Of a DNA stretch of 32,000 bases, positions 1 to 8,902 are shown one piece after another. The DNA is taken from contig NZ_CP147990.1 of the NCBI RefSeq assembly GCF_037902255.1, positions 1,650,001 to 1,682,000 on the forward strand. The letters are read 5' to 3'. The translations under genes and the position numbers were made by a program. Position 1 is the stretch's first letter, and every line of letters begins with the position of its first letter. The notes under the pieces were generated by a model. It was not told where the DNA came from. It searched no databases and worked only from the letters and a program-made list of their open reading frames with translations. Source of the stretch: Candidatus Electrothrix sp. GW3-4 (GTDB lineage Bacteria > Desulfobacterota > Desulfobulbia > Desulfobulbales > Desulfobulbaceae).

Positions 1-1575
1 CAGGTAGACGTCGTGGAAGGGTACCTCGTCCATAAAATGGAGGCCCATCATCATCATCCGGGCGACCCAAAAGAAGAGGATGTCAAAGCTGGTAATCAGC
101 ACCGAGGTGGGGTAGAAAGTGGCCAACTCCTTGGTCTGTTCGGGCCAGCCCAGGGTGGAAAAAGGCCAGAGGGCCGAGGAAAACCAGGTGTCGAGGACGT
201 CCGTTTCCTGCTCAAGATCCTCGTTGCCGCAGACAATGCATGCTTCAGGGGTTTCCAAGGCCACCATCAGCTTGCCACATTCCTGACAGGTCCAGGCCGG
301 GATACGATGGCCCCACCAGATTTGGCGGGAAATACACCAGTCGCGGATGTTATCCATCCAGGCATAGAAGGTGTTGTACCAGGTATCCGGGTAGAGCTTG
401 ATCCGTTCTTCCCGGACCGCCTTGACCGCCTTGTCTGCCAGGGGACGGACAGAGACAAACCATTGCTTGGAGGTGGTGGGTTCGACCACAGTGGCGCAGC
501 GGTAGCATTTGCCCACCGCATGGTCGTACTCCTCGGTCTTATCCAGAAAGCCCAGCTCCTCCAGGTCCTTGACGATCTGCTCCCGGCAGGCAAAACGATC
601 CATGCCAGCGTATTTCCCGGCCTGCTCGTTCATGATGCCGTGGTCGTCCATGATCTTGATCCGTTCCAGATCATGACGCAGGCCGATCTCGTAGTCGTCC
701 CGGTCATGGGCCGGGGTAACTTTGAGGGCACCGGTCCCGAAATCCCGTTGAACATGGTGATCCAGCACCACCGGGATGGTTCGATCGACAATGGGCAGGC
801 GGATGCCGATCTCCTGCAGTCCTGCATAGCGTTCATCATCAGGATGGACCGCAATAGCTGTATCGCCGAGCATGGTTTCCGGGCGGGTGGTGGCGATGAC
901 CACGGAGCCGGAGCCGTCCGCATAGGGATAGCGGAGATGATAGAGCTTGCCCTTGGTAGGATCGTGCTCCACCTCGTCATCGGCCAGGGCCGTATGACAG
1001 CGGGGGCACCAGTTGACAATATAGTCGCCCTTGTAGATCAGCCCTTCATCATAGAGGCGGACAAAGACCTCGCGCACCGCCTGGGATAGCCCTTCATCCA
1101 TGGTGAAGCGCTCCCGGTCCCAATCGCAGGAGGCCCCCATCCGTTTGAGCTGGTTGATGATGGTGCCGCCTTTTTCTTCACGCCATTGCCAGACCCGTTT
1201 GATAAAGTCATCCCGGCCCAGATCATGACGGGTTTTATCCTCTGTGGCCAGCTGTCGTTCCACCACGTTCTGGGTGGCAATACCCGCATGGTCGGTGCCC
1301 GGCACCCAGAGGGTGTTGTCGCCCTTCATTCGATGGTAACGGGTCAGCAGGTCCTGGAGGGTGTTGTTCAGGGCATGGCCGATATGGAGCACTCCGGTGA
1401 CATTGGGCGGGGGAATGACGATGGAAAAGGCATCCTTGCCCTCTGTCATCTCGGCGCTGAAGGTTTTGTGTTCCAGCCAGTATTCGTACCAGCGCTGTTC
1501 CACTTCTTCAAAGGCATAGGCCTTGGGGAGGTCATATTTGGCCGAAGTCCGCTCCGGGGTGGTTTTTTCTGTCAT
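1..1575 (-). CDS. valS: Valyl-tRNA synthetase, N-terminal 525 codons (3' part runs off the left edge)
   Basis: Own translation of the minus strand from ATG (complement of 1573-1575): [33 protein letters not shown]...[26 protein letters not shown]...[20 protein letters not shown]... PPPNVTGxLHxGH and [12 protein letters not shown] are ValRS class-I signatures. It is absent from the ORF track because it has no in-window stop. The listed 13..1089(+) ORF is its antisense shadow. Confidence 0.9.
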   Translation of the reverse strand, partial: MTEKTTPERTSAKYDLPKAYAFEEVEQRWYEYWLEHKTFSAEMTEGKDAFSIVIPPPNVTGVLHIGHALNNTLQDLLTRYHRMKGDNTLWVPGTDHAGIATQNVVERQLATEDKTRHDLGRDDFIKRVWQWREEKGGTIINQLKRMGASCDWDRERFTMDEGLSQAVREVFVRLYDEGLIYKGDYIVNWCPRCHTALADDEVEHDPTKGKLYHLRYPYADGSGSVVIATTRPETMLGDTAIAVHPDDERYAGLQEIGIRLPIVDRTIPVVLDHHVQRDFGTGALKVTPAHDRDDYEIGLRHDLERIKIMDDHGIMNEQAGKYAGMDRFACREQIVKDLEELGFLDKTEEYDHAVGKCYRCATVVEPTTSKQWFVSVRPLADKAVKAVREERIKLYPDTWYNTFYAWMDNIRDWCISRQIWWGHRIPAWTCQECGKLMVALETPEACIVCGNEDLEQETDVLDTWFSSALWPFSTLGWPEQTKELATFYPTSVLITSFDILFFWVARMMMMGLHFMDEVPFHDVYL

Positions 1576-1658
1576 AGTATTGATAAAAAATATGTGAATG
1601 AAATGAGGGGAATTACTGATAATGTTCAAGGTGATACCCATCCCTCCCGCTGGTGAGG

Positions 1659-1719
1659 GACAACAAAACATGAAAGTTGATGGGACGATTTCAAGAAGTC
1701 GTCAATACTTTCATATAAA
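1659..1719 (-). terminator. Two-tier hairpin followed, on the minus strand, by GTTTTGTTGT; probable intrinsic terminator of the PLD/EEP pair, upstream of valS
   Basis: The minus strand reads TTTATATGAAAGT..(inner stem GACGA/TCGTC)..ACTTTCATGTTTTGTTGTC. The outer stem ATGAAAGT/ACTTTCAT is 8 bp. It lies about 120 nt downstream of the EEP stop codon (1840). Confidence 0.45.
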
Positions 1720-1839
1720 AGCGGCAGTATATAACAGCCAGGACAAGGGTTCAAGGAATACTGGCAGGGGACGTTCAGGAAATACCTGAAAAAGACGGAC
1801 AGGAGTTACTTATCCCTATCTTTCTCTGCTGGTATCTTC

Positions 1840-2523
1840 TCACAATAGAGTTGCTGTCAACGGCAGGTGATCAGAGGCGATCCGGGAGAGCGGCGTGTTG
1901 TGTCGTATTCTTGTGCTGATCAGGTTCGAAGGATGACACCAGATTCGGTCCAGGGCAAGCAGAGGGAATCTGCCCGGATAGGTTGCAGGCGAAGAAGGGT
2001 TACGGCCGAAATATTTATGCATTTGGCGGAGTGGTCGGCACCAGATAAACCATTCATTAATATCCCCCATCAGTATTGTAGGGATCGGTTCAGGCCGGTT
2101 GTGCAGGAGCTGAAGCAACTGCTTTGTCTGGCTGCGCCGCTCGGCCGGGTTGAGTCCGAGGTGGGTTGCAATGATGCGGACGGTCCTGTCCTGACAGCGG
2201 ATATCCACATCCAGCGCACCGCGTTTTTCTCTGCTGGGATAACTGATATTTATGGTCCGGGTGCGCAGGGCCGGGTAACGGCTCAACAGGACATTGCCGT
2301 ACTTCGAATCTTCCGAAACAACGGTCGGCCCGACAACAGTATGAAGAGGTTGCCCGCTCCGGGTAAACCCGAGTTCATCCACGGTTTCTGCGTATTCCAC
2401 TTCCTGCAGGGCAATAATATCCGCCTGTATCTCCTGCAGAACGCGATGGATCCGTTGCGGATCCCTGACGCCGTCTGTCCCGATGCAGCGATGTATATTA
2501 TATGTTGCCAGTTTAAGAGACAT
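1840..2523 (-). CDS. Endonuclease/exonuclease/phosphatase (EEP) family metal-dependent hydrolase
   Basis: Track ORF 1840..2598(-). Start moved to the internal ATG at 2523 (MSLKLATYNIHRCIGTDG...). The motifs LATYNIH, ADIIALQEV, ThL and SDHLPL are typical of the EEP fold. The upstream 25 codons overlap the end of the preceding gene. Confidence 0.8.
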   Translation of the reverse strand: MSLKLATYNIHRCIGTDGVRDPQRIHRVLQEIQADIIALQEVEYAETVDELGFTRSGQPLHTVVGPTVVSEDSKYGNVLLSRYPALRTRTINISYPSREKRGALDVDIRCQDRTVRIIATHLGLNPAERRSQTKQLLQLLHNRPEPIPTILMGDINEWFIWCRPLRQMHKYFGRNPSSPATYPGRFPLLALDRIWCHPSNLISTRIRHNTPLSRIASDHLPLTATLL

Positions 2524-2561
2524 TCTTTTTCTATTCCCGTCTCGCGTTGCCGATTGTCTGC

Positions 2562-4754
2562 TCAGTCGCTGCGCAATTTTTTTTGGAGCAGGAACCAAGC
2601 ACTGAGGATCAGGGCAAGCACGGCAAGGCTTGTTGCGATGCTGAACAGGTTGGGTTCACGGAACAAGGCATAGCCCCTGTCAACAATACCGGCAATAGCT
2701 AGAATACCGGGCAGCATCCCGAGCAGTGTTCCGAACAGAAAATCAGTAAAACGGATATGGGATGCACCGGCAACGATATTTACGACTGTATATGGAGCAA
2801 CCGGCACCAAACGGACAAGAAAGGTAGAAAGAATGCCGCGTCGCCCGAGTTTTTGACTCAGGTTGTTGATGGTATCTCCTGCAAGGGCCCTGACGGTCTT
2901 TCTGCCGAGGATCCAGCCGAGTCCGTAGGTAACGGCCCCGCTGAGTGCTGAGCCAAGCAGGGCAACTGCAAAGCCTTTATAGACTCCAAACACGAGGATG
3001 GTCAGGCTGATCAGCAGGGTGATGGGGACCATGACCAGGCTGCCGAACAGATATGCAGCAGCAACATAGAACCAGCCGTAATCACTTCTGACCAGTAGGT
3101 CGGCAAGCTCCTGTAATCGGCCCGGATTGAGCATTTCCCCGGCCGGGCTTAGGTGCCATACAGCTGCCAATCCGCCGAGTAGCAACAGGACTCCGGCTGC
3201 CTGCAAGAGACGGAGCTGCTGTCCGGTCAACCGCCCTCTGGGTATCCACGGGCTGAGAAACCGTCTCGGTTCAACAGGTCGTTCCGGGTCAAAAAGCTGC
3301 TGTTCCTCAGCAATAAAGTCAACAGAAGGTGTGATTCCGGGATTGAATGTTTTCAATGTCCTGGAGCCGCCCTGAAGTTCAGTTATTGCCCGGAGAATAG
3401 AATCGGTCTGCTGCACAGCCTGCCGGACAGCAGCAGGCGTGGTCCCCAGATGTTCCGCAAGCAGGGTGGTGCGGAGCTGTTCCGCCGGGTTCGCAGTATC
3501 TTCTGCATCTACGATTTCGCCATCAAGCTCAACAGCCAGGTCACACTCCGTATCAAATCCCATAGAGCGGTTGTTGAGATTGGAGGAACCGACCCGGATA
3601 AAACGGTTATCCACGATCATCAGCTTAGAGTGGATTTTGATGGTGTCATCCCCTTCCAATCCCTCCTGGTACGCATAAAATATACCCAGACGGTTATGAA
3701 TATCCGCCTCCTGAAGCGAGATGACTGCCCTGTCACGGAGAGTATCCATAGTCGTTTGGGAAAGCCAGCCGTCTGTGGTATAGGGCAGGACAAGGATAAT
3801 TTCAGGCCCTTTAGGTTCCTGTAGCCTTCGGATCAGGGCCTCAATCACCTTTGACGCTGTCAGGTACTGATTTTCGATGTAAATTGATTTTTCCGCGTTC
3901 CTGATACTGTCAAGGTAGAGCTGCTCTGCCTCGTATATGCCCGGCAGTTTTTCATATTGAGGCTGGGTGCGGGTAATAGCCGTACTGCAACAGCATATAT
4001 CAGGCCGGACCGAAGCAGGCCAGGGAGAGTTTTTTTTGTTGTTTTGCTGTGGTGCCGGAACAGGGGAGGAAAGCCGCTTCCCTGTCACCTGCTGCCAGCG
4101 GTCCCGGAAATAGCTGCCGAGCCGCCGGGCAGGGAGCCCTTCAACCAGTACCTGAACATCGTGATGAGGGCGGTACCTATGGCCATCCGGCGTTCTGCGG
4201 CGTTGGTCATCCGGTGCATGGGCAGGCGTATCCCAGCGTGCCTTTGTCAGGTCAAGCCCGCCGCAACAGGCGACAGCATCGTCCACTACAACGAGCTTAT
4301 GATGGACAGACGCGCCCACGGGATGAAGCCGATCCATATGAAAATGTATATTTCTATGGTTATTCCAACTGATTTTGAACTGGGAAAACCATTCCCGGTC
4401 GATCCCCATGAATCGGACAAAATCCCATATAAGGATATAAACTTGTAGATCTTTTTTTTCTTCAACAAGGGCACTCAGGAAAGGGCCCAACTGAAGAGAG
4501 GCGGAATCAGCTTTCCGGTCCCGCGCCAGCCGCATCCTGGTATCAATATCCCAACCGCAGATATAGATATGTTGCCGGGCCTGTTCGGCTGCTTCGCGAA
4601 ACGCATCAAAATATGCCTCTGCGTCTATAAGAAAGGCAAGTTTTTCCGCCCGGTCCAGCTGCCAGCAGTTTATTCCAGGAATAAGAATATTGTTATTTTT
4701 GCTGCTGTTTCTAAAATTTCCCGTTGTCGGCGATTCCGCTGATGAAGGCCGCAT
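2562..4754 (-). CDS. Phospholipase D / cardiolipin-synthase-like protein (two HKD motifs) fused to a C-terminal DedA/VTT-type multi-TM domain
   Basis: Track ORF 2562..4865(-). HKD motifs are HHKLVVVDD and HSKLMIVDNRFIRVGSSNLNNRS. The C-terminal ~230 aa is hydrophobic with a VTT/DedA-like stretch (RRGILSTFLVRLVPVAPYTVVNIVAGASHIRFTDFLFGTLLGMLPG). I prefer the ATG at 4754 (preceded by AGGAG 8 nt upstream) over the distal TTG at 4865. Confidence 0.8.
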   Translation of the reverse strand: MRPSSAESPTTGNFRNSSKNNNILIPGINCWQLDRAEKLAFLIDAEAYFDAFREAAEQARQHIYICGWDIDTRMRLARDRKADSASLQLGPFLSALVEEKKDLQVYILIWDFVRFMGIDREWFSQFKISWNNHRNIHFHMDRLHPVGASVHHKLVVVDDAVACCGGLDLTKARWDTPAHAPDDQRRRTPDGHRYRPHHDVQVLVEGLPARRLGSYFRDRWQQVTGKRLSSPVPAPQQNNKKNSPWPASVRPDICCCSTAITRTQPQYEKLPGIYEAEQLYLDSIRNAEKSIYIENQYLTASKVIEALIRRLQEPKGPEIILVLPYTTDGWLSQTTMDTLRDRAVISLQEADIHNRLGIFYAYQEGLEGDDTIKIHSKLMIVDNRFIRVGSSNLNNRSMGFDTECDLAVELDGEIVDAEDTANPAEQLRTTLLAEHLGTTPAAVRQAVQQTDSILRAITELQGGSRTLKTFNPGITPSVDFIAEEQQLFDPERPVEPRRFLSPWIPRGRLTGQQLRLLQAAGVLLLLGGLAAVWHLSPAGEMLNPGRLQELADLLVRSDYGWFYVAAAYLFGSLVMVPITLLISLTILVFGVYKGFAVALLGSALSGAVTYGLGWILGRKTVRALAGDTINNLSQKLGRRGILSTFLVRLVPVAPYTVVNIVAGASHIRFTDFLFGTLLGMLPGILAIAGIVDRGYALFREPNLFSIATSLAVLALILSAWFLLQKKLRSD

Positions 4755-5235
4755 CCCGATAACTCCTGTTTGATAAGAGTAAATTTTTTCATCCAATATA
4801 ACAGGAATTTTATAGGACTCGTCAGTATCTGCAACAAAAAAAATAGGCTTCCCGGTTGCGGGCAATTATTTTCCTTGACAAGAAGATAATTGCTTTTTAG
4901 CGTTGGTTATAAAAGAATAATTCCTCTTTAAACAGAACTCTCAGGATACTGGACGGGCATTGCGGCCCGCTCTTTTTCTTTGATAGAACTGGTCCCATAA
5001 CCACTACCGATGTAATCGGAAGATGAGTATTCAAAACTTCTTACCATCTTATGCTGAAAGCGTATCTTTTTAGCTTTACCCTTTTCAATGATTCAATGAA
5101 AAAAAGAAAGAACAATAAATAACGGAGGTGATACATATAAAATAATTGACAATCTTTTGTTGTCCCGCCCCAAGGGTCGGGATGAATATTATAAGGAAAA
5201 AAGGAGAAAAGTCAGTCCTACAAATAAGGACGGGT

Positions 5236-6138
5236 ATGTCTCACGATCACAACCATCATACAGGTAATTACAACCAGGCCTTTGCAATCGGAATATTGTT
5301 GAATATCGTCTTTGTCGCCATTGAAGCGGGCTACGGTGTTGCGGCGGGATCATTGGCACTGATCGCAGATGCTGGACATAATCTGAGCGATGTTCTTAGT
5401 CTGTTGCTTGCCTGGGGGGCGAGTTGGCTTGCTACAAAACCAGCAACGGGAAACAGGACATACGGTTTTCGAAAAGCTACCATCATGGCATCCTTACTCA
5501 ATGCCATAGTTCTCCTCTTTGCACTTGGTGGCATTGCCTGGGAAGCTGTTGGACGAATATTCGACCCCGGACCTGTTGAAGCAATGACGATAATTGTGGT
5601 TGCCGCAATTGGTGTCGTCGTCAATGCGATCACCGCATGGCTCTTTGTTTCCGGTCAAAAAGAAGACTTAAACATCAAAGGTGCCTATTTGCACATGGCT
5701 GCCGATGCCGGAGTTTCACTTGGTGTCGTTGTAGCTGGTTTCTTCGTCATGCTGACGGGTTGGCAGATGATTGATCCCTTAATCAGCATTTTTATCGTAG
5801 CCGTCATTCTGGTTGGGACGTGGTCTCTGTTACGTGATTCTCTAAATCTTGCTCTTGATTCGGTGCCCAAGGATGTTGATATGGAAAAGGTAAAAAACTA
5901 TCTGGCTGGCCTTGAGCATGTAGAGCAGATTCATGATCTGCATGTTTGGGCTTTGAGCACGACGGAAGTCGCTTTATCCGTGCATTTAGTCACAACAGAT
6001 GATGCCTTGGGCAATAACTCCCTTTCAAGGGTGCAACAGAAATTGCATGAGCATTTCGGTATTGATCATTCAACAATACAAATAGAAAAACAAGACATTG
6101 AGTCCTGTATGTTAAACCGCGACAACTGCAAAAGCTGA
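5236..6138 (+). CDS. Cation diffusion facilitator (CzcD/ZitB-type) divalent-metal efflux transporter
   Basis: Track ORF 5146..6138. Start moved to ATG 5236 (AAGGA upstream), giving MSHDHNHHTGNYNQAF... The CDF signatures are SLALIADAGHNLSDV, LHMAADAGVSLGV and a C-terminal cytoplasmic domain with HDLHVWALS. Confidence 0.85.
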   Translation: MSHDHNHHTGNYNQAFAIGILLNIVFVAIEAGYGVAAGSLALIADAGHNLSDVLSLLLAWGASWLATKPATGNRTYGFRKATIMASLLNAIVLLFALGGIAWEAVGRIFDPGPVEAMTIIVVAAIGVVVNAITAWLFVSGQKEDLNIKGAYLHMAADAGVSLGVVVAGFFVMLTGWQMIDPLISIFIVAVILVGTWSLLRDSLNLALDSVPKDVDMEKVKNYLAGLEHVEQIHDLHVWALSTTEVALSVHLVTTDDALGNNSLSRVQQKLHEHFGIDHSTIQIEKQDIESCMLNRDNCKS

Positions 6139-6252
6139 CAAGGAAATACATTGGGACAGCAAAAAATGCTGCTCCATCGAAAAGTAAGGTCGGGTTGAAA
6201 TGCTGACTCCGATCTCAATCAAGAAGATGAATCCAACGTAACAGGAGGAACG

Positions 6253-7950
6253 ATGAACAGAAAACAACTTGTGAATGAGGTGTCAATTGTTTTCTCCGGT
6301 GCAGCTGGTCAGGGGATACAATCAATAGAAATGATCCTGACAAAGCTCTTGAAAAGAGAAGGGTATCACGTCTTTTCAACAAAGGAATTTATGTCACGGA
6401 TCCGGGGAGGTATCAACTCTACCTCTCTCCGGGTTTCATCCGGGAGAGTGAATGCCCCGATGGAAAAAGCTGATCTTTTCCTTCCGCTTATACAGGATAC
6501 AACCCTTCATCTCCAGGACAAGATAACTGAGCACACTGTAATAATAGGGGAACAAGCCGTTGTTCAGTTTGATGACATGGTGGGTATTCCGTTTTCTGAG
6601 ATTGCGAAGCGTTGTGGCAATAAGATCTATTCAAGTTCTGTTGCCGTCGGGGTTATTGCCGGAATTTTAGACGTCGGCGACAGTACCATTGAAAAGACTT
6701 TTACAAAGCATTTTAAGGGAAAAGATGAAAAGATTATCCAGGAAAACATCCAGGCCGCAAAAGAAGGGATTAAGGAATCAGCCAAAATACAGGAACACTT
6801 GGAGGTCGATATAGAAAAAGATGCATCTGTTCAGGATGAGATGCTGATCAGCGGAACAGAAGCTGTGGCTATGGGGGCGGTTGCGGCAAACGTGCGCTAT
6901 GTTGCATCGTATCCGATGTCGCCCGCAACCGGAGTTTTGGTCAAACTGGCTGGCTGGTCAGAGCAGACAGATTGTATTATTGAACAGGTTGAAGATGAAA
7001 TTACAGCCGTAAATATGGCACTTGGTGCCTGGTATGCCGGTGCCAGAGCGTTTGTCACAACCTCAGGCGGCGGGTTGGCCCTTATGTCGGAGGGCATCAG
7101 TTTAAGCGGTATCACAGAAATTCCTTTTGTCGTCCATGTAGCGCAGCGGCCCGGTCCCGGCACAGGGCTTCCTACCCGTACCGAACAAGGGGATCTTCAC
7201 CTTGTTCTCTACAGCGGGCATGGTGATTTTCCCCGAATTATTTATGCTCCCGGAACCGTTGAAGAGGCCTTTTATCTGACCAACCGGGCTTTTGACCTGG
7301 CTGATAAATTTCAGATTCCGGTCTTTATCCTGACCGACCAGTATTTTGTCGATTCATTGTGCAATACACCTGTTTGGGACTTGGACAAGACGGTTTCTGA
7401 ACACCATTTTACCGAAACCGCACAAGATTATAAGCGTTATGCCATTACGGAAAGCGGTGTCTCGCCACGGGGCATACCGGGATTCGGCAAAGGGCTTGTC
7501 AAGGTAGACAGTGATGAACACGATGAAGAAGGCTTGATAACCGAAAATCTGAACGAGACCAGGAAGGCTATGGTGGAAAAACGATTTTTCCGTAAGTCGC
7601 ATTCGGTGCGTAAAGAAGTTCTGGAACCTGACTGTTTTGGTCGTAAAGAAAATGAACTGCTCGTGCTCAGTTGGGGCTCAATAGGAAATGCGGTAAAGCA
7701 TGCGTTTCAACTCCTTGAATCGCCACCGGCTGGTATGCATTTTTCCCAAGTCTGGCCGCTTCCGGAAAACATAGAAGATATTTTGAGCCGGTATACGCGG
7801 ATTGCTGTTGTAGAAAATAATGCCTCAGCGCAGTTTGCAACCCTGCTCAAGGGCTATGCCGGAGTCCCTATTGCCCATAATATACTGAAGTTCACCGGAC
7901 TGCCGTTTTCCCAGGAAGAAATAGCACGCGAGATTCAATCCATACAATAG
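6253..7950 (+). CDS. 2-oxoacid:ferredoxin oxidoreductase, fused gamma+alpha subunit (KorA/OorA-like)
   Basis: 565 aa, with AGGAGG 5 nt before the ATG. The N-terminus (IVFSGAAGQGIQSIEMILTKLL...RIRGG) resembles the gamma domain. The rest (GTEAVAMGAVAANVRYVASYPMSPATG...TTSGGGLALMSEGISL) resembles the alpha subunit. Substrate cannot be assigned from sequence. Confidence 0.85.
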   Translation: MNRKQLVNEVSIVFSGAAGQGIQSIEMILTKLLKREGYHVFSTKEFMSRIRGGINSTSLRVSSGRVNAPMEKADLFLPLIQDTTLHLQDKITEHTVIIGEQAVVQFDDMVGIPFSEIAKRCGNKIYSSSVAVGVIAGILDVGDSTIEKTFTKHFKGKDEKIIQENIQAAKEGIKESAKIQEHLEVDIEKDASVQDEMLISGTEAVAMGAVAANVRYVASYPMSPATGVLVKLAGWSEQTDCIIEQVEDEITAVNMALGAWYAGARAFVTTSGGGLALMSEGISLSGITEIPFVVHVAQRPGPGTGLPTRTEQGDLHLVLYSGHGDFPRIIYAPGTVEEAFYLTNRAFDLADKFQIPVFILTDQYFVDSLCNTPVWDLDKTVSEHHFTETAQDYKRYAITESGVSPRGIPGFGKGLVKVDSDEHDEEGLITENLNETRKAMVEKRFFRKSHSVRKEVLEPDCFGRKENELLVLSWGSIGNAVKHAFQLLESPPAGMHFSQVWPLPENIEDILSRYTRIAVVENNASAQFATLLKGYAGVPIAHNILKFTGLPFSQEEIAREIQSIQ

Positions 7951-7959
7951 GAGAGAGTT

Positions 7960-8823
7960 ATGAGCGAGAATATATTTGATCCCCATGTGAAGGATATTGC
8001 CTGGTGCCCAGGGTGCGGGAATTTCTCCATCCGTAAAATCATGCTTGAGATGCTTGAGGAACTGGAGCTTGATCCGGTCAACACGGTTATGGTTTCTGGA
8101 ATCGGTCAGGCAGCCAAATCACCCCAATATATTCAGGCAAATTATTTTAACGGACTCCACGGCAGGGCATTACCGCCTGCAACAGCTATGAAGGCTGCTA
8201 ACCCAAAACTCACAGTCATTGTCGAAAGTGGAGATGGCGATATGTATGGAGAGGGAGGGAATCACTTTCTCCACGCAATACGCCGGAATCCTGATATCAC
8301 GGCTGTTGTTCATAATAATATGATTTACGGACTGACAAAAGGTCAGGCTTCTCCGACGACGTCAAAAGGAATGAAAACCCCGGTCCAGGTTAATGGTGTT
8401 TTTCTTGAACCTTTTAATCCGATAGCTACTGCAATCGCTCTGGATGCATCTTTTGTGGCACGAGTGAATGCCTTAGATCAGGATAAAACAAAGGAAATAA
8501 TTAAAAAGGCTGTACAGCATAAAGGGTTTTCTGTTGTAGATGTTTTTCAGATCTGTGTCTCCTTTAACAAAGTGAATACAGCGAAATGGTTTAAGGAGCA
8601 TACGTATTATCTTGATGAGCAGCATGACACCTCGGATCGATCCGCTGCATTTTCCCGGGCTATAGAGCAGGATAAACTCCCGCTTGGCATTTTTTACGAA
8701 CAGACGAATAAACCTGTTTTTGAGGAAAGTTTTCCTCTTTATCAGAAAGAGAAGTCCCCCTTGTTTCAACGTACATTTAAAAGAGAGGCGTTAGAAAAAA
8801 TAGCTGCGGAAAAGACAGAGTAA
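7960..8823 (+). CDS. 2-oxoacid:ferredoxin oxidoreductase beta (TPP-binding) subunit (KorB-like)
   Basis: 287 aa, starting 9 nt after the previous stop. Contains WCPGCGNF and a GDGDxYGEGGNH TPP/Mg motif. Confidence 0.85.
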   Translation: MSENIFDPHVKDIAWCPGCGNFSIRKIMLEMLEELELDPVNTVMVSGIGQAAKSPQYIQANYFNGLHGRALPPATAMKAANPKLTVIVESGDGDMYGEGGNHFLHAIRRNPDITAVVHNNMIYGLTKGQASPTTSKGMKTPVQVNGVFLEPFNPIATAIALDASFVARVNALDQDKTKEIIKKAVQHKGFSVVDVFQICVSFNKVNTAKWFKEHTYYLDEQHDTSDRSAAFSRAIEQDKLPLGIFYEQTNKPVFEESFPLYQKEKSPLFQRTFKREALEKIAAEKTE

Positions 8824-8902
8824 TACTGAGCGTTTTTAGTTGGGTACAAGGGGTGTATTGTATTTTTTCTCATGGAAAAAAAACTGACTAAGGAGGCTGA
8901 TT

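Noticed and set aside
13-1089. 358-aa plus-strand ORF (plus small minus-strand ORFs at 267-593, 630-1019, 1038-1289 and plus-strand ORF 1186-1656)
   Set aside because: These lie antisense to or out of frame with the clearly recognisable valS reading frame. They have low-complexity, G/P/R-rich composition and no motifs.
1867-2673. 268-aa plus-strand ORF
   Set aside because: It is the antisense shadow of the EEP hydrolase gene, whose motifs are unambiguous on the minus strand.
4755-4865. N-terminal 37-codon extension of the PLD-VTT ORF starting at a TTG
   Set aside because: There is no Shine-Dalgarno sequence in front of the TTG, whereas the internal ATG at 4754 has AGGAG at proper spacing. 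The extension is kept only as an alternative.
5146-5235. 30-codon N-terminal extension of the CDF gene (TTG start inside a TTGACA hexamer)
   Set aside because: ATG 5236 has an AAGGA ribosome-binding site and gives the typical His-rich CDF N-terminus. The extension is Cys/Pro/Arg-rich and non-homologous.
8456-8475. Sigma-54-like TGGCACGAGTGAATGC
   Set aside because: It lies inside the korB-like coding sequence. The -12 element is off-consensus and mis-spaced, and no downstream gene start is present.
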